From: Candidatus Woesearchaeota archaeon
GTDB lineage: Archaea > Nanobdellota > Nanobdellia > Woesearchaeales > JAZDKJ01
Assembly: GCA_043803105.1 (NCBI GenBank)
Contig: JAZDKJ010000012.1
Location: forward strand, 64,001 to 128,000
DNA length: 64,000 nucleotides
Direction: 5' to 3'
Every line of letters begins with the position of its first letter. The stretch's first letter is position 1. The notes beneath the pieces were generated by a model. The model was not told the DNA's origin, searched no databases, and saw only the letters and a list, made by a program, of their open reading frames with translations. The position numbers and the translations under genes are program-made. Of this stretch, positions 1 through 10,017 are shown piece after piece.

Positions 1-87
1 ATAGGTTTAAAAAGTTTGTGTCGATGAATCATTGTTTTCTGACGCTGTTTCGATACATTTTTAAATTATGTAAAATCTTGTCTGTCC

Positions 88-666
88 ATGGCTAAAGTTA
101 ATGATAACCCAGGCCAGGTTCTGGCTAGGTTGATTGTCGAAATGATCGGTACTCCCAAGGATCACCTGGAGCATACTCTTACAGATTTTATTAAGATGCT
201 CAAGGATGATTCTGAACTTAAGGTTGTTGCCGAGGATTATGCAGAGCCGGTAGAGAAAGGTAAGATGTTCAGCACTTTTGTTGAGTTGGAAATCTGGTTT
301 AAGAACGTACCGCGTTTGCTCAATTTCTGTTTTGAGGCAATGCCCTCAAGCGTCGAGATACTTGAGCCTGTTTCTTTAGGGTTGAACGCAGGCGAGTTTT
401 CTGGTTACCTGAATGACTTGCAGGCAAGGCTTCATACTGTTGATATGGCGATAAAAGAGCTTGAAGCCAAGAAGATGATTCTTGAGCGCAATGCTGAGGC
501 TTTGTTAAAGAACCTCATCACCTTGTCTGTGAAGGATTCTCCCAAGGAGTTGAGTGTTCTTTCTGATGATGTTGGGATTAACACCGAGGATCTTAAGCCC
601 TTGGTGGATCATCTTGTTGATAAGGGTTATCTCAAAAATTCCGATGGTGTTTATAGCCGAGCGTGA
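88..666 (+). CDS. Hypothetical protein (ferredoxin-like N-terminus, coiled coil, C-terminal wHTH-like)
   Basis: 192-aa ORF directly upstream of scpB; fold guess from residue pattern only. Confidence 0.6.
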   Translation: MAKVNDNPGQVLARLIVEMIGTPKDHLEHTLTDFIKMLKDDSELKVVAEDYAEPVEKGKMFSTFVELEIWFKNVPRLLNFCFEAMPSSVEILEPVSLGLNAGEFSGYLNDLQARLHTVDMAIKELEAKKMILERNAEALLKNLITLSVKDSPKELSVLSDDVGINTEDLKPLVDHLVDKGYLKNSDGVYSRA

Positions 667-668
667 CG

Positions 669-1694
669 ATGTCTGAAGAGCTTATATCAAAGGTTGAAAG
701 CGTCCTGTTCTCCTCTGGAAGGAGCATGCAGGTGGATGAGCTTGCTAAGCTTTGCAGTTCTTCGCACGAGCAAGTGCGCAAAGCACTCGTGGAATTGAAA
801 AAACATTATGATGAGAAGAATGGATCTCTCATGTGTGTAGATGAAGGCAATTCTTGGAAGCTTGCCGTTCGTGAGAGGTTCCTTCCTATAGTCCAGAAGA
901 TTGTAACCAATACTGAGCTTCCCAAGAGTGTCATTGAGACACTTGCAGTTATAGCCTTCAAGCATCCTATACTCCAGTCCGAAGTGGTCAAGATTAGGAC
1001 CAACAAGGCTTATGAACATTTGGAAACCCTTGAGGCCTCTGGCTATATCACAAGAGAGAAGCATGGTAGGACAAGAAAGGTCAAGCTTGCCCAGAAGTTT
1101 TTCGATTATTTTGATCTCCCGCCTGGAAGGGAAAAGGAGGCCTTTGCTGGTTTTGATAAGGTTGAAAGGGCGATAAGAGAGCACGAGCTTGCTGTTGAAA
1201 AGCTGCAGCCCAAGCATGCAAAGACTGCGGTCTTGGAGGTATACGAGACCTCTGAGGAAAATGTGAATTCTGAAGAAAAAAATCCTGACGAAAACACTGA
1301 TAGCAACCTTGATAGCAACCTTGATAGCAACCTTGATGACAGTCTTGCCCGTGAGGAAATCCAACTTCCCGCTACTGATTCTGAACCTAAAGACAGAGAG
1401 CCAGAACCAGAAATCTTGTACGCAGATGAGGTTAATGATTCCAAGATTAGCATTTTTCTTGGTAATAAGGAGACTGAGTCTGAACCTGAAGAGTTGCCTG
1501 GTGAGTCAGTTCACGAAGATTCTGATGATGATTCTCCTGAAGGCCGTATTTCGAGGATTATTGAGAGGAAGGCCGACGCTATATTTCATCCTAAGGATGA
1601 GAAAAAAAAGGAAGACTCCAAGGGCTCGCTCAATGATATCTATGAAGAGATAGAAAAGGATAAGAAAGAGCTGGAAAAGAAGGATGACCTCTAA
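669..1694 (+). CDS. scpB: SMC-Scp complex subunit ScpB with long acidic C-terminal tail
   Basis: VESVLFSS, ETLAVIAFKHPILQSEVVKIR and KFFDYF motifs typical of ScpB. Confidence 0.92.
   Translation: MSEELISKVESVLFSSGRSMQVDELAKLCSSSHEQVRKALVELKKHYDEKNGSLMCVDEGNSWKLAVRERFLPIVQKIVTNTELPKSVIETLAVIAFKHPILQSEVVKIRTNKAYEHLETLEASGYITREKHGRTRKVKLAQKFFDYFDLPPGREKEAFAGFDKVERAIREHELAVEKLQPKHAKTAVLEVYETSEENVNSEEKNPDENTDSNLDSNLDSNLDDSLAREEIQLPATDSEPKDREPEPEILYADEVNDSKISIFLGNKETESEPEELPGESVHEDSDDDSPEGRISRIIERKADAIFHPKDEKKKEDSKGSLNDIYEEIEKDKKELEKKDDL
1298..1337 (+). repeat. 12-bp tandem repeat (TGATAGCAACCT x3.3) encoding DSNL repeats in the ScpB tail
   Basis: Directly visible. Confidence 0.9.
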
Positions 1695-1836
1695 GTTCTA
1701 TCTTTTGCGCTGCCCATTCTGTAAGAACTGCATGAAGTATCATTCAGACAATATAAGCAAAAAAAGGAAAGCCTGTGTCTATTGCGGCAAGTCTTTTGCA
1801 GTATTGCCTTCAATTATTAAGAAGATAGATAGTTGA
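1684..1836 (+). CDS. Small Zn-ribbon protein (50 aa)
   Basis: Manual translation MTSKFYLLRCPFCKNC...ACVYCGKSF; two CxxC pairs; overlaps scpB stop; absent from ORF track. Confidence 0.7.
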   Translation: MTSKFYLLRCPFCKNCMKYHSDNISKKRKACVYCGKSFAVLPSIIKKIDS

Positions 1837-1965
1837 ATGTCACATTATTTTCTATATAGAAAATAATCATGCGATAATTCGTAGATTTTTCGCATATCTG
1901 TGCTTTTTTACCGACGACAAAACACCACCAAAAGGCTTATAAAAGGACAAAAATTCTGTCTTACC

Positions 1966-4401
1966 ATGGAAGACGTTGTAAATCCAGAGCGTATAGTGCA
2001 AAAGGAAATAGAAGATGAGATGAGGCAGAGCTATCTGGATTATTCTATGTCTGTTATTGTGGGAAGGGCGCTTCCAGATGTTCGCGACGGCTTAAAGCCC
2101 GTGCATCGGAGGATTCTTTTTGCCATGTATGACCTTGGCATGCTCCACAACAAGCCTTTCAAGAAGTGTGCAAGGATTGTTGGTGAGGTTCTTGGTAAAT
2201 ATCATCCCCACGGAGATATTGCAGTTTATGATGCCTTGGTGAGGATGGTCCAGGATTTCTCGCTAAGGTATCCCCTGATTATTGGCCAGGGCAACTTTGG
2301 CAGTATTGACGGTGACAATGCTGCTGCTAGGAGATATACCGAGGCCAAGCTTCATGAACTGTCTGAGGAACTTTTGAAGGACATTGAAAAGGATACAGTT
2401 CTCTTCAATCCTAATTTTGACAATACCTTAAAAGAGCCTGTTGTGCTTCCGTCAAGGCTTCCAAATCTTCTGGTTAACGGCAGTTCTGGGATTGCTGTTG
2501 GCATGGCAACCAATATCCCGCCGCATAACCTGCGTGAAGTCTGCTTGGCAGTCAATGCTTTTGTCGATGATCCAACAATCAGCTCTGCGAAACTGCAGGA
2601 GCATCTGTTGGGTCCTGATTTTCCTACTGGTGGGATTATCTGCGGCACTTCCGGGATAAGGGAAGCTTATCATACTGGCAAGGGAAAGGTTACTGTGCGC
2701 TCAAAGACCTCAATTGAGAGGAAGGGCAATCATGACAACATTATAGTTAACGAAATCCCTTACATGGTGAACAAGGCGATGCTAATCGAGCAGATTGCAG
2801 AACTTGTCAAGGAGAAGACCATAAGTGGCATTGACGATTTGAGGGATGAGTCTGACAGGGAGGGTATTAGGGTCGTCATCGAATTGAAGCCAGGAGCTAA
2901 CTCAGAGGTTGTCTTAAACCAATTATTTGTTCACTCTCGTCTTGAGTCCACATTTGGCATCATCATGCTTGCACTTGTCGATAACCAGCCTAAGGTCCTC
3001 AACCTTGCAGAACTTATTCAGTACTTTGTTTCCCACAGGCAGTCTGTTGTTAGGAGAAGGACTACATTTGACCTCGAAAAGGCAAAGGAAAAAGCGCATC
3101 TGCTTGAGGGAATAATCATTGCCTTGAACAATATCGATGAGATCATCCAGAAGATTAAGCGGTCCAAGGATACGGTTTCTGCAATGGCTATCCTTTCGCG
3201 TGACTATAATTTATCAGAAAAGCAGTCTAAGGCTATACTTGAGATGCGCCTGCAGAGGCTCTCCTCACTTGAGCAGCAGAAGGTCAGAGACGAGCATTCT
3301 TCTTTGATCAAACTCATTGCTGAGCTTGCAGCCATCCTTGCTGACGAATCAAGGATCCTTGCCATAATACGGCAGGAAACCTCTGACCTCCTGCAAAAAT
3401 ATTCTGATGCGCGGCGCACCCAGATTTTGGAGATTGAGACAGACACAGGGCTTGAAGACCTCATAAAGCCCGAAGAGGTTATTGTGACCATGACTCACTT
3501 AGGTTATGTCAAGCGGCAGCCAATTGATGTCTACAGGCAGCAGCGTCGTGGCGGCCGCGGCATCATCGCAGCCTCTGCTCATGAGGAAGACTTTATTGAG
3601 GAAATTTTTACAGCAAATACCCACGATTATATCCTGCTTTTCACAAACCATGGCCAGGTACACTGGCTTAAGGTCTATTCACTGCCTGACGCATCAAGGA
3701 TTGCAAAAGGCACTGCTGTGGCCAATCTCTTGAGCCTGGGCACGGATGAGAAGGTCACAGCATTTGTTCCTGTGCATACCTTTGATAGTGGTTTTCTTTT
3801 CATGTGCACAAAGAAAGGTATTGTCAAAAAGACTGCTCTTGAGTTGTTCTCCAGACCCAGGCGGGGAGGAATTATTGCTCTCACACTTGACGATAATGAT
3901 GAGCTCATTGGTGTTCGCTTGACTGATGGCAATAAGCAGATAATCCTTGCAACGCGTAATGGGCTTGCAGCAAGATTCTTAGAAAATGATGTAAGGGACA
4001 TTGGAAGGACTGGCAGGGGCGTTCGCGGAATTAGGTTAAAGAATGATGATTGTGTTGTAAGTCTTGTTGTTGCTGATGATTCATTGTCTTTGCTCTCAAT
4101 TACCGAGAACGGTTATGGCAAGCGTACAACGGTGCCCGAATACCGTCTTATTGGTCGTGGTGGAAGTGGTGTGATAAACATCCAGTGTTCAGATCGGAAT
4201 GGAAAGGTTGTCTCAGTTATCCCGGTTTCAGACAACGAGGAACTGATGCTCATTAGCGAAAAGGGCATTGCCATCAGGATGCCTGTTGGGACCATTTCTA
4301 AAATTGGTAGGAACACTCAAGGTGTGCGCTTGATGAAACTCGAACAAGACGACCTCGTAGTTTCTGCGACAAAGACTCTTCCGGAAAACAACAGCGTTTA
4401 A
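1966..4401 (+). CDS. gyrA: DNA gyrase subunit A
   Basis: RALPDVRDGLKPVHRR, YHPHGD, RYTE catalytic Tyr, GyrA-box QRRGGRG, beta-pinwheel repeats. Confidence 0.98.
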   Translation: MEDVVNPERIVQKEIEDEMRQSYLDYSMSVIVGRALPDVRDGLKPVHRRILFAMYDLGMLHNKPFKKCARIVGEVLGKYHPHGDIAVYDALVRMVQDFSLRYPLIIGQGNFGSIDGDNAAARRYTEAKLHELSEELLKDIEKDTVLFNPNFDNTLKEPVVLPSRLPNLLVNGSSGIAVGMATNIPPHNLREVCLAVNAFVDDPTISSAKLQEHLLGPDFPTGGIICGTSGIREAYHTGKGKVTVRSKTSIERKGNHDNIIVNEIPYMVNKAMLIEQIAELVKEKTISGIDDLRDESDREGIRVVIELKPGANSEVVLNQLFVHSRLESTFGIIMLALVDNQPKVLNLAELIQYFVSHRQSVVRRRTTFDLEKAKEKAHLLEGIIIALNNIDEIIQKIKRSKDTVSAMAILSRDYNLSEKQSKAILEMRLQRLSSLEQQKVRDEHSSLIKLIAELAAILADESRILAIIRQETSDLLQKYSDARRTQILEIETDTGLEDLIKPEEVIVTMTHLGYVKRQPIDVYRQQRRGGRGIIAASAHEEDFIEEIFTANTHDYILLFTNHGQVHWLKVYSLPDASRIAKGTAVANLLSLGTDEKVTAFVPVHTFDSGFLFMCTKKGIVKKTALELFSRPRRGGIIALTLDDNDELIGVRLTDGNKQIILATRNGLAARFLENDVRDIGRTGRGVRGIRLKNDDCVVSLVVADDSLSLLSITENGYGKRTTVPEYRLIGRGGSGVINIQCSDRNGKVVSVIPVSDNEELMLISEKGIAIRMPVGTISKIGRNTQGVRLMKLEQDDLVVSATKTLPENNSV

Positions 4402-4426
4402 ATACTGATTCTCCTTTGTTATTTTT

Positions 4427-5515
4427 ATGAAAGCCTTGGCCTGGACTAATAAGGGAATCGAATTCTTGGCTGCGCAAGAGCTGAAACTCTTGAAGATTAA
4501 CCAGATTGAGACCAAAGGTCAATTGCTTTTGTTTGACATTCCCTCTTATGATAACCTTGCAATGCTCTGCTATTGTGCCCGTTCTATTCGTGGTGTCATT
4601 CTTCTTCTGGGCTCGGCAAATAATGATGACCTGCTTACAGCAATAAATAAGGCTTCATTTCCCGTTTGGTTCAACAGTAAAACAAGCTTTGCTGCCCGCT
4701 GCCATGGCCTCGATTCATCCCCTGCCTTATCTGAAGCTGAGGTAGGTAATCTAGTTAACGAGAAAACAGGCTCCAAAGTGGACTTGACTAATCCACAAGT
4801 GACTTTCCTTGTGATTTCCCAGGATAACCTTTGTTATTTTGGTGTTGATTTTGCAGGCACTGACCTTGGCAAGCGCGATTACAAGGTTTTTTCCACCAGG
4901 CAGTCACTCAAGGGTAATGTTGCGTTCTCCATGCTTCTCTTAGCTGGTTTTAAGCCATCCCAGGTCCTGCTCGACCCATTTGGTCGTGACGGGATTATTG
5001 GCATTGAGGCAGCCCTTTTTTCTTTGGCCAAAAGTCCGCATTTCTTCAACAGGGAGAAATTTGCTTTTGTTAAGCTGTCTCTTGGCTTGGACAAATTCTC
5101 TGCGTGGGACAAGTCTATTTCAAAGCCTTCTGACATACGTATTTATGACTCGCTCTTCCACAATGTTGCGGCAATAAAGAAGAATGCAAGGATTGCCGGG
5201 GTGGACAAGACGATCGCTGTTTCACGTATTGATGTGGATTGGCTCGATGTCAAGATGGGCAGGGAGTCTGTTGATGCTATTGTATCTTATCCGCCACAGC
5301 TTACTTTGAGGAGTGATGCCAAGGCAATCGCAAAACTTTATGGTGAGCTCTTTCATCAGGCAGAGTTTGTGTTAAAGAAGAACTGCAGGATGGTGTTGGC
5401 AATGCACTCCATTGATGTCTTGAATGGGATAAAGACATCCCTTAAGCAGGAAAAGCCGATTGCTGCCTATCAGGGTGATGCTGTTCTCTTCTTGGTTGTT
5501 CTACAAAAGCTTTAA
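4427..5515 (+). CDS. THUMP-domain RNA methyltransferase (Trm14/RlmL-like)
   Basis: THUMP VDLTNP, KRDYKV, LLDPFG motif I, SYPP motif IV. Confidence 0.8.
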   Translation: MKALAWTNKGIEFLAAQELKLLKINQIETKGQLLLFDIPSYDNLAMLCYCARSIRGVILLLGSANNDDLLTAINKASFPVWFNSKTSFAARCHGLDSSPALSEAEVGNLVNEKTGSKVDLTNPQVTFLVISQDNLCYFGVDFAGTDLGKRDYKVFSTRQSLKGNVAFSMLLLAGFKPSQVLLDPFGRDGIIGIEAALFSLAKSPHFFNREKFAFVKLSLGLDKFSAWDKSISKPSDIRIYDSLFHNVAAIKKNARIAGVDKTIAVSRIDVDWLDVKMGRESVDAIVSYPPQLTLRSDAKAIAKLYGELFHQAEFVLKKNCRMVLAMHSIDVLNGIKTSLKQEKPIAAYQGDAVLFLVVLQKL

Positions 5516-5542
5516 AAACTAGCCAATCCTTCTCTGTTTTGT

Positions 5543-5887
5543 GGTAGGATAGGAGCTTAGCTCTCGCAAAATTGTGAGGAAAGTCCGCCCACACATAGCA
5601 AAGGTTGCGGATTTCGTGACCCTCGCTAGGAACTGGCCACTCTTCGGAGGTCCCGAAAGGGGCGGCTACTGAACAGAAACGAAACGGCCCATTGCACTGG
5701 AATGAGGCAGAAAACGTCCTGGTGACAGGATCGAGCTAACCTGCCGACGACGCTTTGGGATTCGGTGGAACGGCAAGCCCTGGCTTGTGCAAGTCGAAAA
5801 GACGCTTAGTTGAATGCTAAGACAGACCATCGCTTTGTTTTTCGCAAAGTTTGGGTCTGACAGAAGGCGGCTTATTTCTATCCTACC
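5543..5887 (+). ncRNA. rnpB: RNase P RNA
   Basis: Conserved GAGGAAAGTCC and ACAGAAGGCGGCTTAT; terminal helix GGTAGGATAG/CTATCCTACC. Confidence 0.95.
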
Positions 5888-5925
5888 CAAAATTTTTTAA
5901 GCAAGTTAGTATTTTATGATAGAAA

Positions 5926-6102
5926 ATGGCGCAAGACAAGATAACAATGCCGACGAGTACAGCCGGTATTACAAGGTATTTTGACGACTATAAGAGCAAG
6001 ATTGAGTTTAAGCCAGGCCACATCATCATCCTCTGTATCATAGTGATTATTCTCTCGTTGGCTCTGCAGGCTTATGGTTCCTCTCTTCTTAGCATCCCAT
6101 GA
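5926..6102 (+). CDS. secG: Preprotein translocase subunit Sec61beta
   Basis: Manual translation MAQDKITMPTSTAGITRYFDDYKSKIEFKP plus one TM helix; absent from ORF track. Confidence 0.9.
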   Translation: MAQDKITMPTSTAGITRYFDDYKSKIEFKPGHIIILCIIVIILSLALQAYGSSLLSIP

Positions 6103-6431
6103 ACCTAAACAACAGGCAGATTCAGCACGCAATGAAGCGTATGGGCATTGCCCAAGTTGATATTCCGGCAACCGAGGTTATTATTAGGACCGCTGATTCT
6201 GAGATTGTAATTTCGGATCCTCAGGTTGCAAAGGTAAACATGATGGGCCAGACGACCTTCCAGGTTTCAGGAAATATCTCAGAAAGGCCGATTTCTTCAG
6301 AGCCAGAAATCAATGAGGAAGACATTGCCACAGTAATGGACCAGACTGGCGCAACAAAAGAGAAAGCCCTCTCAGCAATCAAGGCTGCAAAAGGCGACCT
6401 TGCCCAGGCGATTCTTGACCTTAAATCTTGA
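6099..6431 (+). CDS. nac: Nascent polypeptide-associated complex protein
   Basis: MKRMGI, NAC barrel, C-terminal UBA (GDLAQAI). Confidence 0.95.
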   Translation: MNLNNRQIQHAMKRMGIAQVDIPATEVIIRTADSEIVISDPQVAKVNMMGQTTFQVSGNISERPISSEPEINEEDIATVMDQTGATKEKALSAIKAAKGDLAQAILDLKS

Positions 6432-7143
6432 TAAGAGTAAGAAACAAGCCATCTTCGTCTTTTTTTGGGAGTCTAAAGCCAGCGCTCTTATAAAGTTCGT
6501 TGATATCTTTTTCTTGAAACCTGACCTTTTCGCTGCTTTCGCTTGCGATAACCTTGTCTGCAAGTTGTACATGTAGCACATAGTAATTCTTAGTAAAACT
6601 GTCCTCCCCCAACCAAACTAATGATTGCCTGTAAAATAGTCCATCTCCAATTGGGAGCACTAACTCCTGATCATGTTCTTGATGTATATTTACTGCAAAC
6701 ACCCCGTTATCTCTCAGATGCATGTTTACTCTTTTTAGTGCTTTCGCCACTTCCCAAATGTCCTCCAGGTATGTTTCCACCAGAGGCTTGTCTTTTATAT
6801 GCCATATGAAGCCCCCATGCGAGATGATTGCATCGTAGGTTTTTCCAGTGTCCATCTCCATAATATTTTGCTCATAGATTGGCAGGTTTAAGTTCTGCTC
6901 AATAATCTTCTTTCTGGCAATCTCTATCATTGCTCTTGAGCAGTCTACTCCCTCCACTCTGTAGCCTAGTTTCGCAAGTTCTATTCCAATAATTGCTGTT
7001 CCGATTGAAACCTCAAGTACATCCTTTTTGTCTCCAAGAATTTTCTCCAGACTGCTGATTGCCTTTTTATAGTCGCAATACCCGCCTAATGCGATTCTGT
7101 CATAGAACTCAGCGATTCCATCATAGAAGTTGTTCCTTTGCAT
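6421..7143 (-). CDS. Class I SAM-dependent methyltransferase
   Basis: VLEVSIGTA motif I, GVDCSRAM, HLRDNGVF. Confidence 0.85.
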   Translation of the reverse strand: MQRNNFYDGIAEFYDRIALGGYCDYKKAISSLEKILGDKKDVLEVSIGTAIIGIELAKLGYRVEGVDCSRAMIEIARKKIIEQNLNLPIYEQNIMEMDTGKTYDAIISHGGFIWHIKDKPLVETYLEDIWEVAKALKRVNMHLRDNGVFAVNIHQEHDQELVLPIGDGLFYRQSLVWLGEDSFTKNYYVLHVQLADKVIASESSEKVRFQEKDINELYKSAGFRLPKKDEDGLFLTLIKI

Positions 7144-7187
7144 AAAGAAGAAATGTTATGATATTTCTTAAAGCTTTACTTCAGAAA

Positions 7188-7979
7188 TTAAGCAGCAAAA
7201 GCTTGTTCACAGGGTTGGTACTCAACCTTGCTTCCATATTTCTGTACCAGCATCTCGTTTAAGGCTTGGATCTTTTGGTTCTTCACTTCCACCATCTTGC
7301 CATCTACCCGTTGCCTGTAAATTCCTTGCAGTGCATTGTATTGTTTGTTGTACACAAAATGCAGGTCTTCCACTAGGCCATCCTTATCAAAATGTGATAG
7401 TCTGCCGATTCCAGCACCTACAGGTGTTTCCTGCAATAGGATTGTGTCCACATCTCCTCCTAAGTTCAGTTTATTCACTAGCGCTGGTGTGAGCACAGCA
7501 GCCCATGTTTTTGTTCCTGCATATTGTACGGGGATGTGCCCGTCAAGTGACAGGAAATCCTTTGAGAGCCTTCTTTCGAGGTTCTCATCTACAGGAAAAT
7601 CAGGGTGCCAGTTCTTGAATTCTCCTCTCATTGAATACATTAGTTCACCCTGTGAATTGTAAAGAAGCTTAATGTCCCTTTTGTCGTTCGCGACTAGGTA
7701 TTGCTTAAATCCTTCTTTTCCATCTACTTTCACTGGCTCGCCAATTGCGTTCGGCCTGCCCATAACCTCAGATGCCTTCGCTAGAATCTTTTCCCCATCA
7801 AAAGCCATGATGAGCCCGTTATAATAAGGGTTCTCAAAGTCAGGGCCTTCTCCCAGGATTTTTCCATCAAGGCCAATCACCCTTCCTTCTTTGTGGTCTA
7901 GATGTGGAATAACCTTAGGCAGGATTCTTTCATAAACATATTCGGTCATCCATTCAAATGGTTTGCTCAGCATACGCAT
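7188..7979 (-). CDS. Hypothetical protein
   Basis: Long ORF divergent from an Lrp-like regulator; start uncertain. Confidence 0.7.
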   Translation of the reverse strand: MRMLSKPFEWMTEYVYERILPKVIPHLDHKEGRVIGLDGKILGEGPDFENPYYNGLIMAFDGEKILAKASEVMGRPNAIGEPVKVDGKEGFKQYLVANDKRDIKLLYNSQGELMYSMRGEFKNWHPDFPVDENLERRLSKDFLSLDGHIPVQYAGTKTWAAVLTPALVNKLNLGGDVDTILLQETPVGAGIGRLSHFDKDGLVEDLHFVYNKQYNALQGIYRQRVDGKMVEVKNQKIQALNEMLVQKYGSKVEYQPCEQAFAA

Positions 7980-8081
7980 AATATACTTTTTACTATATTT
8001 ATACCTTATTACCACATATTTTTTATTTTTGTATAAAACAAAGGCAAGATTTATAAATTAATAAAGAACAAGTTACATAAA

Positions 8082-9062
8082 ATGCAAAATATTGACCGAG
8101 ACCTGATATTTCTTTACTCTGAGAACCTGAGGCAAAGGCTGACAGACCTTTCCTCTTTGCTAAAAAAAAGCCCTCAGAGGCTGAGGTATTCCTTGAAAAC
8201 ATTTGAGGATGAGCGTTTTCTGCACAACCCGCATTGTATTTTTGACTATTCTTATTTTGGCCTTATCCTCTTCAGGGTCTACTTTAAGGGAGGTTACATA
8301 AGCGAAAAAGACAAGACGGGCATCATCAAGGAGCTCACCCTTAGCCCTTATGTTGTTTCTGTTTACGAGCTCAGCGGTGAGTTTGATTTGTCTATCGAGT
8401 TAATAGCCCCCAATCCCTCCAAGTTCAACAAGGAATTTAAGAAATTGACTTATCTTATTCCCACACTAAATAATTACAAGGTCCTGCTCAATGTCGTCAC
8501 TCACATCTATCCTAGGTTCTACCTGACAAAGAATAATCTCATAAGGCAGAGGGTCCAGCACGAAATAATTGTTGGCGGTGATAGGACTGTTGTCTCTTTC
8601 AAAGAGTCAGAATTAGAGTTGATAAAACATATCCTCTTTAATCCAAAGGCAAGGATGACCTCGCTTGCTAAGGATGCATCTCTCAACAGGACTACCGCCC
8701 TTTCTGTTTTCAAGAAATTGATAAGAAAGCGAATAATCAAGGGTTTTAAGTATTTTGTAAATACCAATGCTCTGGGTATCTTTCGTTTTCGGCTTTTTCT
8801 CAAGCTGCACAATCTTAGCCAGGAGCGTGAGACAGAGTTTATGGCTTATCTTTCTAAGGTAGATGAGGTGGTGCAGGTAAATAAGACAGTTGGGGATTGG
8901 GACATTGAGATTGACATCGAAAGCTTTAGCAAGGCCACAGTGCGTTCGATTATCATCGGGCTTCGTGAGCAATTTAGCGACTTGATCGAGACTTTCAACA
9001 GCATTGAATTCTATCAATCATACAAGAAAGCATTTCTTCCCACCTATTTGTTTGAATCATGA
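8082..9062 (+). CDS. Duplicated Lrp/AsnC-type wHTH transcriptional regulator
   Basis: Two HTH+RAM modules (GEFDL, GDWDIEID). Confidence 0.85.
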   Translation: MQNIDRDLIFLYSENLRQRLTDLSSLLKKSPQRLRYSLKTFEDERFLHNPHCIFDYSYFGLILFRVYFKGGYISEKDKTGIIKELTLSPYVVSVYELSGEFDLSIELIAPNPSKFNKEFKKLTYLIPTLNNYKVLLNVVTHIYPRFYLTKNNLIRQRVQHEIIVGGDRTVVSFKESELELIKHILFNPKARMTSLAKDASLNRTTALSVFKKLIRKRIIKGFKYFVNTNALGIFRFRLFLKLHNLSQERETEFMAYLSKVDEVVQVNKTVGDWDIEIDIESFSKATVRSIIIGLREQFSDLIETFNSIEFYQSYKKAFLPTYLFES

Positions 9063-9097
9063 CAACATTTTTAAACTCTTTTTGCCTTATAGTGCCC

Positions 9098-9565
9098 ATG
9101 GAAAAGTTTGAGGATTCTTTTCTTAAGGCAAAGCGTCACCTGCAGATCGCTGACCACATGGTTTACGTGACCTATGGCTTGGTGAAAGACCCCAGGCTTT
9201 TGCTCTCAGTTCTTGACAATGTTTTTCTCGCCTTCACCAATTCCATGTCCTCCATTCTGCACTATGAAAACTTATTTAAACGAGTGCCTCCTTTTCCTGA
9301 TAACTTTGAGGCAAAGTTTGCCTTGTTTAGGGAATCCTGCCTCTCAAGGTACAACATACATAAGGACTATCTTCCCTTGATGCGCGAGCTTAAGGGATTG
9401 ATTGTTGCGCACAAGAAAAGCCCTGTCGAGTTCGCGAGAAATGATCGCTTTGTCATCTGTTCGGATGATTACCGGATGCAGGTCATTTCTGTCGAGCAAA
9501 TCAAGTGTTATGTTGCCCAGGCAAAATTGTTTATCCAGGATATAAGCGTGATTATCAAAAGATGA
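9098..9565 (+). CDS. Hypothetical helical protein, paralog 1
   Basis: ADHMVYVT motif shared with the next ORF. Confidence 0.75.
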   Translation: MEKFEDSFLKAKRHLQIADHMVYVTYGLVKDPRLLLSVLDNVFLAFTNSMSSILHYENLFKRVPPFPDNFEAKFALFRESCLSRYNIHKDYLPLMRELKGLIVAHKKSPVEFARNDRFVICSDDYRMQVISVEQIKCYVAQAKLFIQDISVIIKR

Positions 9566-10014
9566 GAGAAGTTTTGGGCGAAGCTAACGAGGAGTTGAAG
9601 CGGGCTGACCATCTTATTTATGTTAGCCTAAAGTATACGAGAAGTGTTGATGTAATTAAGAGTGTGTTTGAGCGTCTTATCAATGCATATAGCATAGTCT
9701 TTCGAGGTCTTCTTGTCAAAGCCAAGGAGAAAAAACTTCTTGCACAGATTCCTACCTCTCCCGGTAGCCAATGTGACTTGGTAAGGGAAATTTACAGGGA
9801 TGATCTGGAGCTGCTTGATTATATCAAGTTTTATCTTCTCCTGCGCAAGATGGATCAAGGAAAATTCACTCGGGCGCATGAGTTTCGGCGAAATGTGACT
9901 ATGACAGTCACTGTGGACAATAAGCAGATGGAAGTCAACATAGACATTGTCACTGAATATTATAAGCGTTCACTGAAATTTTTGGAATATGCAAAGGAGC
10001 GTTTCCTCAGGTAG
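9562..10014 (+). CDS. Hypothetical helical protein, paralog 2
   Basis: ADHLIYVS motif; ATGA overlap with the previous gene. Confidence 0.75.
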   Translation: MREVLGEANEELKRADHLIYVSLKYTRSVDVIKSVFERLINAYSIVFRGLLVKAKEKKLLAQIPTSPGSQCDLVREIYRDDLELLDYIKFYLLLRKMDQGKFTRAHEFRRNVTMTVTVDNKQMEVNIDIVTEYYKRSLKFLEYAKERFLR

Positions 10015-10017
10015 ACA

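Noticed and set aside
687-1653. Antisense and alternative-frame ORFs with KVAI, SRLL or IATL repeats
   Set aside because: Shadows of the 12-bp repeat inside scpB
5666-6171. Minus-strand ORFs of 74 and 85 aa
   Set aside because: They overlap RNase P RNA and Sec61beta on the plus strand
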